From assembly GCF_009914755.1 (NCBI RefSeq), contig NC_060935.1: a DNA stretch of 64,000 nucleotides. One strand, 5' to 3'. The position numbers were made by a program, and so were the translations under genes. The notes beneath the pieces are model-generated. The model did no database searches. It saw only the letters and a list, made by a program, of their open reading frames with translations, and was not told where the DNA came from. The stretch is from the human T2T-CHM13v2.0 reference genome, Homo sapiens. Of this stretch, positions 53,101-64,000 are shown piece by piece. Numbering within the stretch: position 1 is the first letter of the stretch; each line of letters starts with the position of its first letter.

Positions 53101-56100
53101 AGAAACTTCTTTGTGATGTTTGCATTCAACTCACAGAGTTGAACCTTGCTTTCATAGTTCAGCTTTCAAACACTTTTTTTGTAGAATCTGCAAGTGGATA
53201 TTTGGACCACTTTGTGGCCTTCCTTCGAAACGGGTATATCTTCACATCAAACCTAGACAGAAGCATTCTCAGAATGTTTCCTGTGATGACTGCATTCAAC
53301 TCACAGAGGTGAACAATCCTGCTGATGGAGGAGTTTTGAAACTCTCTTTCTTTGGATTCTGCAAGTGGATATGTGGACCTCTGTGAAGATTTCGTTGGAA
53401 ACGGGTTCATCTTCACAGAAAAACTAAACAGAAGCATTCTCAGAAACTGCTTTGTGATGTTTGTGTTCCACTTCAGGAATTGAACTTTCCTCTTGACAGA
53501 GCAGCTCTGAAACCCTCTTATTCTAGAATCTGCAAGTGGACATTTGGTGGGCTTTGAGGCCTGTGGTGGAAAAGGAAAATCTTCACATAAAAACTAGATG
53601 GAAACATTCTCAGAAACTACTTTGTGATGATTGCATTCGACTCACAGAGTTGAACATTCCTATAGATAGAGCAGGTTGTAAACAATCTTTTTCTAGAATC
53701 TGCTATTGGAGATTTGGACTGCTTTGAGGCCTACTGTAGTAAAGGAAATAACTTCATCTAAAAACCAAACGGAAGCATTCACAGACAATTCTCAGTGATC
53801 ATTGGATTGAACTAACAGAGCTGAACATTCCTTTAGATGGAGCAGTTTCCAAACAAACTTTCTGTAGAATCTGCAAGTGGATATTTGGACTTCTCTGAGA
53901 ATTTCGTTGGAAAAGGGATAAACTTCCCAGAACTACACGGATGCATTGTGAGAAACTTCTTTGTGATGTTTGCATTCAACTCACAGAGTTGAACCTTGCT
54001 TTCATAGTTCAGCTTTCAAACACTCTTTTTGTAGAATCTGCAAGTGGATATTTGGACCACTTTGTGGTCTTCCTTCGAAACGGGTATATCTTCACATCAA
54101 ACCTAGACAGAAGCATTCTCAGAATGTTTCCTGTGATGACTGCATTCAACTCACAGAGGTGAACAATCCTGCTGATGGAGCAGTTTTGAAACTCTCTTTC
54201 TTTGGATTCTGCATGTGGATATGTTGACCTCTGTGAAGATTTCGTTGGAAACGGGTTCATCTTCACAGAAAAACTAAACAGGAGCATTCTCAGAAACTGC
54301 TTTGTGATGTTTGTGTTCCACTTCAAGAATTGAACTTTCCTCTTGACAGAGCAGCTCTGAAACCCTCTTTTTCTAGAATCTGCAAGTGGACATTTGGAAG
54401 GATTTGAGGCCTGTGGTGGAAAAGGAAAATCTTCACATAAAAACTAGATGGAAGCATTCTCAGAAACTACTTTGTGATGATTGCATTCAACGCACAGAGT
54501 TGAACATTCCTATAGAGAGAGCAGGTTGTAAACAATCTTTTTGTAGAATCTGCGATTGGAGATTTGGACTGCTTTGAGGCTTACTGTAGTAAAGGAAATA
54601 ACTTCATCTAAAAACCAAACGGAAGCATTCACAGACAATTCTTAGTGATCATTGGATTGAGCTAACAGAGCTGAACATTCCTTTAGATGGAGCAGTTTCC
54701 AAACCCACTTTCTGTAGAATCTGCAAGTGGATATTTGTACTTCTCTGAGGATTTCGTTGGAAACGGGATAAACTTCCCAGAACTACACGGAAGCATTGTG
54801 AGAAACTTCTTTGTGATGTTTGCATTCAACTCACAGAGTTGAACCTTGCTTTCATAGTTCAGCTTTCAAACACTCTTTTTGTAGAATCTGCAAGTGGATA
54901 TTTGGACCACTTTGTGGCCTTCCTTCGAAACGGGTATATCTTCACATCAAACCTAGACAGAAGCATTCTCAGAATGTTTCCTGTGATGACTGCATTCAAC
55001 TCACAGAGGTGAACAATCCTGCTGATGGAGCAATTTTGAAACTCTCTTTCTTTGGATTCTGCAAGTGGATATGTGGACCTCTGTGAAGATTTCGTTGGAA
55101 ACGGGTTCATCTTCACAGAAAAACTAAACAGAAGCATTCTCAGAAACTGCTTTGTGATGTTTGTGTTCCACTTCATGAATTGAACTTTCCTCTTGACAGA
55201 GCAGCTCTGAAACCCTCTTATTCTAGAATCTGCAAGTGGACATTTGGAGGGCTTTGAGGCCTGTGGTGGAAAAGGAAAATCTTCACATAAAAACTAGATG
55301 GAAGCATTCTCAGAAACTACTTTGTGATGATTGCATTCGACTCACAGAGTTGAACATTCCTATAGATAGAGCAGGTTGTAAACAATCTTTTTGTAGAATC
55401 TGCGATTGGAGATTTGGACTGCTTTGAGGCCTACTGTAGTAAAGGAAATAACTTCATCTAAAAACCAAACGGAAGCATTCACAGACAATTCTTAGTGATC
55501 ATTGCATTGAACTAACAGAGCTGAACATTCCTTTAGATGGCGCAGTTTCCAAACACACTTTCTGTAGAATCTGCAAGTGGATATTTGGACTTCTCTGAGG
55601 ATTTCGTTGGAAACGGGATAAACTTCCCAGAACTACACGGAAGCATTGTGAGAAACTTCTTTGTGATGTTTGCATTCAACTCACAGAGTTGAAATTGCTT
55701 TCATAGTTCAGCTTTCAAACACTCTTTTTGTAGAATCTGCAAGTGGATATTTGGACCACTTTGTGGCCTTCCTTCGAAACGGGTATATCTTCACATCAAA
55801 CCTAGACATAAGCATTCTCAGAATGTTTCCTGTGAAGACTGCATTCAACTCACAGAGATGAACAATCCTGTTGATGGAGCACTTTGGAAACTCTCTTTCT
55901 TTGGATTCTGCAAGTTGATATGTGGACCTCTGTGAAGATTTCGTTGGAAACGGGTTCATCTTCACAGAAAAACTAAACAGAAGCATTCTCAAAAACTACT
56001 TTGTGATGTTTGTGTTCCACTTCAAGAATTGAACTTTCCTCTTGACAGAGCAGTTCTGAAAACCTCTTTTTCTAGAATCTGCAAGTGGACATTTGGAGGG

Positions 56101-59100
56101 CTTTGAGGCCTGTGGTGGAAAAGGAAAATCTTCACATAAAAACTAGATGGAAGCATTCTCAGAAACTACTTTGTGATGATTGCATTCGACTCACAGAGTT
56201 GAACATTCCTATAGATAGAGCAGGTTGTAAACAATCTTTTTGTAGAATCTGCGATTGGAGATTCGGACTGCTTTGAGGCCTACTGTAGTAAAGGAAATAA
56301 CTTCATCTAAAAACCAAACGGAAGCATTCACAGACAATTCTTAGTGATCATTGCATTGAACTAACAGAGCTGAACATTCCTTTACATGGCGCAGTTTCCA
56401 AACACACTTTCTGTAGAATCTGCAAGTGGATATTTGGACCTCTCTGAGGATTTCGTTGGAAACGGGATAAACTTCCCAGAACTACACGGAAGCATGCTGA
56501 GAAACTTCTTTGTGATGTTTGCATTCAACTCACAGAGTTGAACCTTGCTTTCATAGTTCAGCTTTCAAACACTTTTTTTGTAGAATCTGCAAGTGGATAT
56601 TTGGACCACTTTGTGGCCTTCCTTCGAAACGGGTATATCTTCACATCAAACCTAGACAGAAGCATTCTCAGAATGTTTCCTGTGATGACTGCATTCAACT
56701 CACAGAGGTGAACAATCCTGCTGATGGAGGAGTTTTGAAACTCTCTTTCTTTGGATTCTGCAAGTGGATATGTGGACCTCTGTGAAGATTTCGTTGGAAA
56801 CGGGTTCATCTTCACAGAAAAACTAAACAGAAGCATTCTCAGAAACTGCTTTGTGATGTTTGTGTTCCACTTCAGGAATTGAACTTTCCTCTTGACAGAG
56901 CAGCTCTGAAACCCTCTTATTCTAGAATCTGCAAGTGGACATTTGGAGGGCTTTGAGGCCTGTGGTGGAAAAGGAAAATCTTCACATAAAAACTAGATGG
57001 AAGCATTCTCAGAAACTACTTTGTGATGATTGCATTCGACTCACAGAGTTGAACATTCCTATAGATAGAGCAGGTTGTAAACAATCTTTTTCTAGAATCT
57101 GCTATTGGAGATTTGGACTGCTTTGAGGCCTACTGTAGTAAAGGAAATAACTTCATCTAAAAACCAAACGGAAGCATTCACAGACAATTCTCAGTGATCA
57201 TTGGATTGAACTAACAGAGCTGAACATTCCTTTAGATGGAGCAGTTTCCAAACAAACTTTCTGTAGAATCTGCAAGTGGATATTTGGACTTCTCTGAGAA
57301 TTTCGTTGGAAAAGGGATAAACTTCCCAGAACTACACGGAAGCATTGTGAGAAACTTCTTTGTGATGTTTGCATTCAACTCACAGAGTTGAACCTTGCTT
57401 TCATAGTTCAGCTTTCAAACACTCTTTTTGTAGAATCTGCAAGTGGATATTTGGACCACTTTGTGGCCTTCCTTCGAAACGGGTATATCTTCACATCAAA
57501 CCTAGACAGAAGCATTCTCAGAATGTTTCCTGTGATGACTGCATTCAACTCACAGAGGTGAACAATCCTGCTGATGGAGCAGTTTTGAAACTCTCTTTCT
57601 TTGGATTCTGCATGTGGATATGTTGACCTCTGTGAAGATTTCGTTGGAAACGGGTTCATCTTCACAGAAAAACTAAACAGGAGCATTCTCAGAAACTGCT
57701 TTGTGATGTTTGTGTTCCACTTCAAGAATTGAACTTTCCTCTTGACAGAGCAGCTCTGAAACCCTCTTTTTCTAGAATCTGCAAGTGGACATTTGGAAGG
57801 ATTTGAGGCCTGTGGTGGAAAAGGAAAATCTTCACATAAAAACTAGATGGAAGCATTCTCAGAAACTACTTTGTGATGATTGCATTCGACGCACAGAGTT
57901 GAACATTCCTATAGAGAGAGCAGGTTGTAAACAATCTTTTTGTAGAATCTGCGATTGGAGATTTGGACTGCTTTGAGGCTTACTGTAGTAAAGGAAATAA
58001 CTTCATCTAAAAACCAAACGGAAGCATTCACAGACAATTCTTAGTGATCATTGGATTGAGCTAACAGAGCTGAACATTCCTTTAGATGGAGCAGTTTCCA
58101 AACCCACTTTCTGTAGAATCTGCAAGTGGATATTTGTACTTCTCTGAGGATTTCGTTGGAAACGGGATAAACTTCCCAGAACTACACGGAAGCATTGTGA
58201 GAAACTTCTTTGTGATGTTTGCATTCAACTCACAGAGTTGAACCTTGCTTTCATAGTTCAGCTTTCAAACACTCTTTTTGTAGAATCTGCAAGTGGATAT
58301 TTGGACCACTTTGTGGCCTTCCTTCGAAACGGGTATATCTTCACATCAAACCTAGACAGAAGCATTCTCAGAATGTTTCCTGTGATGACTGCATTCAACT
58401 CACAGAGGTGAACAATCCTGCTGATGGAGCAATTTTGAAACTCTCTTTCTTTGGATTCTGCAAGTGGATATGTGGACCTCTGTGAAGATTTCGTTGGAAA
58501 CGGGTTCATCTTCACAGAAAAACTAAACAGAAGCATTCTCAGAAACTGCTTTGTGATGTTTGTGTTCCACTTCAGGAATTGAACTTTCCTCTTGACAGAG
58601 CAGCTCTGAAACCCTCTTATTCTAGAATCTGCAAGTGGACATTTGGAGGGCTTTGAGGCCTGTGGTGGAAAAGGAAAATCTTCACATAAAAACTAGATGG
58701 AAGCATTCTCAGAAACTACTTTGTGATGATTGCATTCGACTCACAGAGTTGAACATTCCTATAGATAGAGCAGGTTGTAAACAATCTTTTTGTAGAATCT
58801 GCGATTGGAGATTTGGACTGCTTTGAGACCTACTGTAGTAAAGGAAATAACTTCATCTAAAAACCAAACGGAAGCATTCACAGACAATTCTTAGTGATCA
58901 TTGCATTGAACTAACAGAGCTGAACATTCCTTTAGATGGCGCAGTTTCCAAACCCACTTTCTGTAGAATCTGCAAGTGGATATTTGGACTTCTCTGAGGA
59001 TTTCGTTGGAAACGGGATAAACTTCCCAGAACTACACGGAAGCATTGTGAGAAACTTCTTTGTGATGTTTGCATTCAACTCACAGAGTTGAAACTTGCTT

Positions 59101-61700
59101 TCATAGTTCAGCTTTCAAACACTCTTTTTGTAGAATCTGCAAGTGGATATTTGGACCACTTTGTGGCCTTCCTTCGAAACGGGTATATCTTCACATCAAA
59201 CCTAGACATAAGCATTCTCAGAATGTTTCCTGTGAAGACTGCATTCAACTCACAGAGATGAACAATCCTGTTGATGGAGCACTTTGGAAACTCTCTTTCT
59301 TTGGATTCTGCAAGTTGATATGTGGACCTCTGTGAAGATTTCGTTGGAAACGGGTTCATCTTCACAGAAAAACTAAACAGAAGCATTCTCAAAAACTACT
59401 TTGTGATGTTTGTGTTCCACTTCAAGAATTGAACTTTCCTCTTGACAGAGCAGTTCTGAAAACCTCTTTTTCTAGAATCTGCAAGTGGACATTTGGAGGG
59501 CTTTGAGGCCTGTGGTGGAAAAGGAAAATCTTCACATAAAAACTAGATGGAAGCATTCTCAGAAACTACTTTGTGATGATTGCATTCGACTCACAGAGTT
59601 GAACATTCCTATAGATAGAGCAGGTTGTAAACAATCTTTTTGTAGAATCTGCGATTGGAGATTCGGACTGCTTTGAGGCCTACTGTAGTAAAGGAAATAA
59701 CTTCATCTAAAAACCAAACGGAAGCATTCTCAGACAATTCTTAGTGATCATTGCATTGAACTAACAGAGCTGAACATTCCTTTACATGGCGCAGTTTCCA
59801 AACACACTTTCTGTAGAATCTGCAAGTGGATATTTGGACCTCTCTGAGGATTTCGTTGGAAACGGGATAAACTTCCCAGAACTACACGGAAGCATGCTGA
59901 GAAACTTCTTTGTGATGTTTGCATTCAACTCACAGAGTTGAACCTTGCTTTCATAGTTCAGCTTTCAAACACTTTTTTTGTAGAATCTGCAAGTGGATAT
60001 TTGGACCACTTTGTGGCCTTCCTTCGAAACGGGTATATCTTCACATCAAACCTAGACAGAAGCATTCTCAGAATGTTTCCTGTGATGACTGCATTCAACT
60101 CACAGAGGTGAACAATCCTGCTGATGGAGGAGTTTTGAAACTCTCTTTCTTTGGATTCTGCAAGTGGATATGTGGACCTCTGTGAAGATTTCGTTGGAAA
60201 CGGGTTCATCTTCACAGAAAAACTAAACAGAAGCATTCTCAGAAACTGCTTTGTGATGTTTGTGTTCCACTTCAGGAATTGAACTTTCCTCTTGACAGAG
60301 CAGCTCTGAAACCCTCTTATTCTAGAATCTGCAAGTGGACATTTGGAGGGCTTTGAGGCCTGTGGTGGAAAAGGAAAATCTTCACATAAAAACTAGATGG
60401 AAGCATTCTCAGAAACTACTTTGTGATGATGGCTTTCGACTCACAGAGTTGAACATTCCTATAGATAGAGCAGGTTGTAAACAATCTTTTTCTAGAATCT
60501 GCTATTGGAGATTTGGACTGCTTTGAGGCCTACTGTAGTAAAGGAAATAACTTCATCTAAAAACCAAACGGAAGCATTCACAGACAATTCTCAGTGATCA
60601 TTGGATTGAACTAACAGAGCTGAACATTCCTTTAGATGGAGCAGTTTCCAAACAAACTTTCTGTAGAATCTGCAAGTGGATATTTGGACTTCTCTGAGAA
60701 TTTCGTTGGAAAAGGGATAAACTTCCCAGAACTACACGGAAGCATTGTGAGAAACTTCTTTGTGATGTTTGCATTCAACTCACAGAGTTGAACCTTGCTT
60801 TCATAGTTCAGCTTTCAAACACTCTTTTTGTAGAATCTGCAAGTGGATATTTGGACCACTTTGTGGCCTTCCTTCGAAACGGGTATATCTTCACATCAAA
60901 CCTAGACAGAAGCATTCTCAGAATGTTTCCTGTGATGACTGCATTCAACTCACAGAGGTGAACAATCCTGCTGATGGAGCAGTTTTGAAACTCTCTTTCT
61001 TTGGATTCTGCATGTGGATATGTTGACCTCTGTGAAGATTTCGTTGGAAACGGGTTCATCTTCACAGAAAAACTAAACAGGAGCATTCTCAGAAACTGCT
61101 TTGTGATGTTTGTGTTCCACTTCAAGAATTGAACTTTCCTCTTGACAGAGCAGCTCTGAAACCCTCTTTTTCTAGAATCTGCAAGTGGACATTTGGAAGG
61201 ATTTGAGGCCTGTGGTGGAAAAGGAAAATCTTCACATAAAAACTAGATGGAAGCATTCTCAGAAACTACTTTGTGATGATTGCATTCGACGCACAGAGTT
61301 GAACATTCCTATAGAGAGAGCAGGTTGTAAACAATCTTTTTGTAGAATCTGCGATTGGAGATTTGGACTGCTTTGAGGCTTACTGTAGTAAAGGAAATAA
61401 CTTCATCTAAAAACCAAACGGAAGCATTCACAGACAATTCTTAGTGATCATTGGATTGAGCTAACAGAGCTGAACATTCCTTTAGATGGAGCAGTTTCCA
61501 AACCCACTTTCTGTAGAATCTGCAAGTGGATATTTGTACTTCTCTGAGGATTTCGTTGGAAACGGGATAAACTTCCCAGAACTACACGGAAGCATTGTGA
61601 GAAACTTCTTTGTGATGTTTGCATTCAACTCACAGAGTTGAACCTTGCTTTCATAGTTCAGCTTTCAAACACTCTTTTTGTAGAATCTGCAAGTGGATAT
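47150..61700 (+). repeat. Tandem super-repeat of 4 HORs (about 3.4 kb, 20 monomers), about 4.3 copies
   Basis: The marker series catgtggatatgttga, aaggatttg, tatagagag, gcaatttt, acataag, tttacatgg, ggagga, tctgctatt repeats with starts at 47172, 50570, 53970, 57369 and 60769 (periods 3398-3400). Confidence 0.93.
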
Positions 61701-64000
61701 TTGGACCACTTTGTGGCCTTCCTTCGAAACGGGTATATCTTCCCATCAAACCTAGACAGAAGCATTCTCAGAATGTTTCCTGTGATGACTGCATTCAACT
61801 CACAGAGGTGAACAATCCTATTGATGGAGCACTTTTGAAACTCTCTTTCTTTGGATTCTGCAAGTTGATATGTGGACCTCTGTGAAGATTTCATTGGAAA
61901 CGGGTTCATCTTAACAGAAAAACTAAACAGAAGCATTCTCAGAAACTACTTTGTGATGTTTGTGTTCCACTTCAAGAATTGAACTTTCCTCTTGACAGAG
62001 CAGCTCTGAAACCCTCTTTTTCTAGAATCTGCAAGTGGACATTTGGAGGGCTTTGAGGCCTGTGGTGGAAAAGGAAAATCTTCACATAAAAACTAGATGG
62101 AAGCATTCTCAGAAACTACTTTGTGATGATTGCATTCGTCTCACAGAGTTGAACAATCCTATAGATAGAGCAGGTTGTAAACAATCTTTTTGTAGAATCT
62201 GCGATTGGAGATTTGGACTGCTTTGAGGCCTACTGTAGTAAAGGAAATAACTTCATCTAAAAACCAAACGGAAGCATTCACAGACAATTCTTAGTGATCA
62301 TTGCATTGAACTAAGAGAGCTGAACATTCCTTTAGATGGTGCAGTTTCCAAACACACTTTCTGTAGAATCTGCAAGTGGATATTTGGACCTCTCTGAGGA
62401 TTTCGTTGGAAACCGGATAAACTTCCCAGAACTACACAGAAGCATTCTGAGAAACTTCTTTGTGATGTTTGCATTCAACTCACAGAGTTGAACCTTGCTT
62501 TCATAGTTCAGCTTTCAAACACTCTTTTTGTAGAATCTGCAAGTGGATATTTGGACCACTTTGTAGCCTTCCTTCGAAACGGGTATATCTTCACATCAAA
62601 CCTAGACAGAAGCATTCTCAGAATGTTTCCTGTCATGACTGCCTTCAACTCCCAGAGGTGAACAATCCTGCTGATGGAGCAGTTTTGAACCTCTCTTTCT
62701 TTGGATTCTGCAAGTGGATATGTGTACCACTGTGAAGATTTCGTTGGAAACGGGTTCATCTTCACAGAAAAACTAAACAGAAGCATTCTCAGAAACTGCT
62801 TTGTGATGTTTGTGTTCCACTTCAGGAATTGAACTTTCCTCTTGACAGAGCAGCTCTGAAACCCTCTTTTTCTAGAATCTGCAAGTGGACATTTGGAGGG
62901 CTTTGAGGCCTGTGGTGGAAAAGGAAAATCTTCACATAAAAACTTTATGGAAGCATTCTCAGAAACTTCTTTGTGATCATTGCATTCGACTCACAGAGTT
63001 GAACATTCCTATAGATAGAGCAGGTTGTAAACAATCTTTTTGTAGAATCTGCGATTGGAGATTTGGACTGCTTTGAGGCCTACTGTAGTAAAGGAAAGAA
63101 CTTCATCTAAAAACCAAAAGGAAGCATTCACAGACAATTCTTAGTGATCATTGGATTGAACTAACAGAGCTGAACATTCCTTTAGATGGAGCAGTTTCCA
63201 AACACACTTTCTGTAGAATCTGCAAGTGGACATTTGGACCTCTCTGAGGATTTCGTTGGAAACGGGATAAACTTCCCAGAACTACACGGAAGCATTGTGA
63301 GAAACTTCTTTGTGATGTTTGCATTCAACTCACAGAGTTGAACCTTGCTTTCATAGTTCAGCTTTCAAACACTCTTTTTGTAGAATCTGCAAGTGGATAT
63401 TTGGACCACTTTGTGGCCTTCCTTCGAAACGGGTATATCTTCACATCAAACCTAGACAGAAGCATTCTCAGAATGTTTCCTGTGATGACTGCATTCAACT
63501 CACAGAGGTGAACAATCCTGCTGATGGAGCAGTTTTGAAACTCTCTTTCTTTGGATTCTGCAAGTGGATATGTGGACCTCTGTGAAGATTTCGTTGGAAA
63601 CGGGTTCATCTTCACAGAAAAACTAAACAGGAGCATTCTCAGAAACTGCTTTGTGATGTTTGTGTTCCACTTCAGGAATTGAACTTTCCTCTTGACAGAG
63701 CAGCTCTGAAACCCTCTTTTCTAGAATCTGCAAGTGGACATTTGGAGGGCTTTGAGGCCTGTGGTGGAAAAGGAAAATCTTCACATAAAAACTAGATGGA
63801 AGCATTCTCAGAAACTACTTTGTGATGATTGCATTCGACTCACAGAGTTGAACATTCCTATAGATAGAGCAGGTTGTAAACAATCTTTTCGTAGAATCTG
63901 CGATTGGAGATTTGGACTGCTTTGAGGCCTACTGTAGTAAAGGAAATAACTTCATCTAAAAACCAAACGGAAGCATTCACAGACAATTCTTAGTGATCAT

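Larger units (their letters stand above)
1..64000 (+). repeat. D11Z1: Alpha satellite HOR array, 850-bp 5-mer (SF3 type; probably human chr11 D11Z1)
   Basis: Monomers of about 171 bp begin with CATTC(T/A)CAGA or CATTGTGAGA. Near-identical sequence recurs every 850 bp (ORF starts 264, 1114, 1964, 2814...). CENP-B boxes are present and there is one XbaI site per unit. Alpha satellite identity is certain; the D11Z1 label rests on recalled knowledge of the 0.85-kb XbaI pentamer. Confidence 0.95.

Noticed and set aside
264-63925. Recurrent 63-105 aa ORFs on both strands (MHSTHRV..., MDIWRAL..., MLLFSF...)
   Set aside because: They are translations of the satellite that recur every 850 bp, mostly start at TTG or GTG, resemble no protein family I recognise, and are freely broken by stops and frameshifts.
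1-64000. CRISPR-like repeat/spacer array
   Set aside because: There are no unique spacers and no cas genes; the sequence between conserved motifs is itself repeated.
1-64000. L1/Alu insertion, inversion or array boundary
   Set aside because: The 850-bp phase holds throughout apart from the three short variants and 1-2 bp indels. I saw no poly(A) tail, target-site duplication or strand switch.
1-64000. Assignment to DXZ1, D17Z1 or the chr1 SF3 array
   Set aside because: Those SF3 arrays have 12-, 16- and 11-monomer HORs; here near-identity recurs at 5 monomers.
1-64000. Calling this window the kinetochore (CENP-A / hypomethylated) site
   Set aside because: This is an epigenetic property that cannot be read from sequence; box density and recent expansion are only compatible with it.

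Overview
The whole 64 kb window is one uninterrupted head-to-tail array of primate centromeric alpha satellite: about 76 copies of an 850-bp, 5-monomer higher-order repeat (HOR; monomers of 168-171 bp), all in one orientation. I saw no transposon insertion, inversion or unique sequence. The B-B-B-A-A box layout (suprachromosomal family 3), the 850-bp unit and the single XbaI site per HOR fit the human chromosome 11 array D11Z1; that assignment is from recall and not from a search. Each HOR carries two intact CENP-B boxes, one box degenerate at a single core position, and a pJ-alpha-type site. All ORFs in the track recur every 850 bp and are treated as satellite artefacts, so no gene is called and I find no support for a novel coding system. 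The interest lies in the array's mutational history: one 3-mer and two 4-mer HOR variants, a nested 3.4 kb / 6.8 kb super-repeat (about 47.2-61.7 kb), several local and long-range block duplications, a likely short gene-conversion tract, a mutation cluster and patterned CENP-B box loss.
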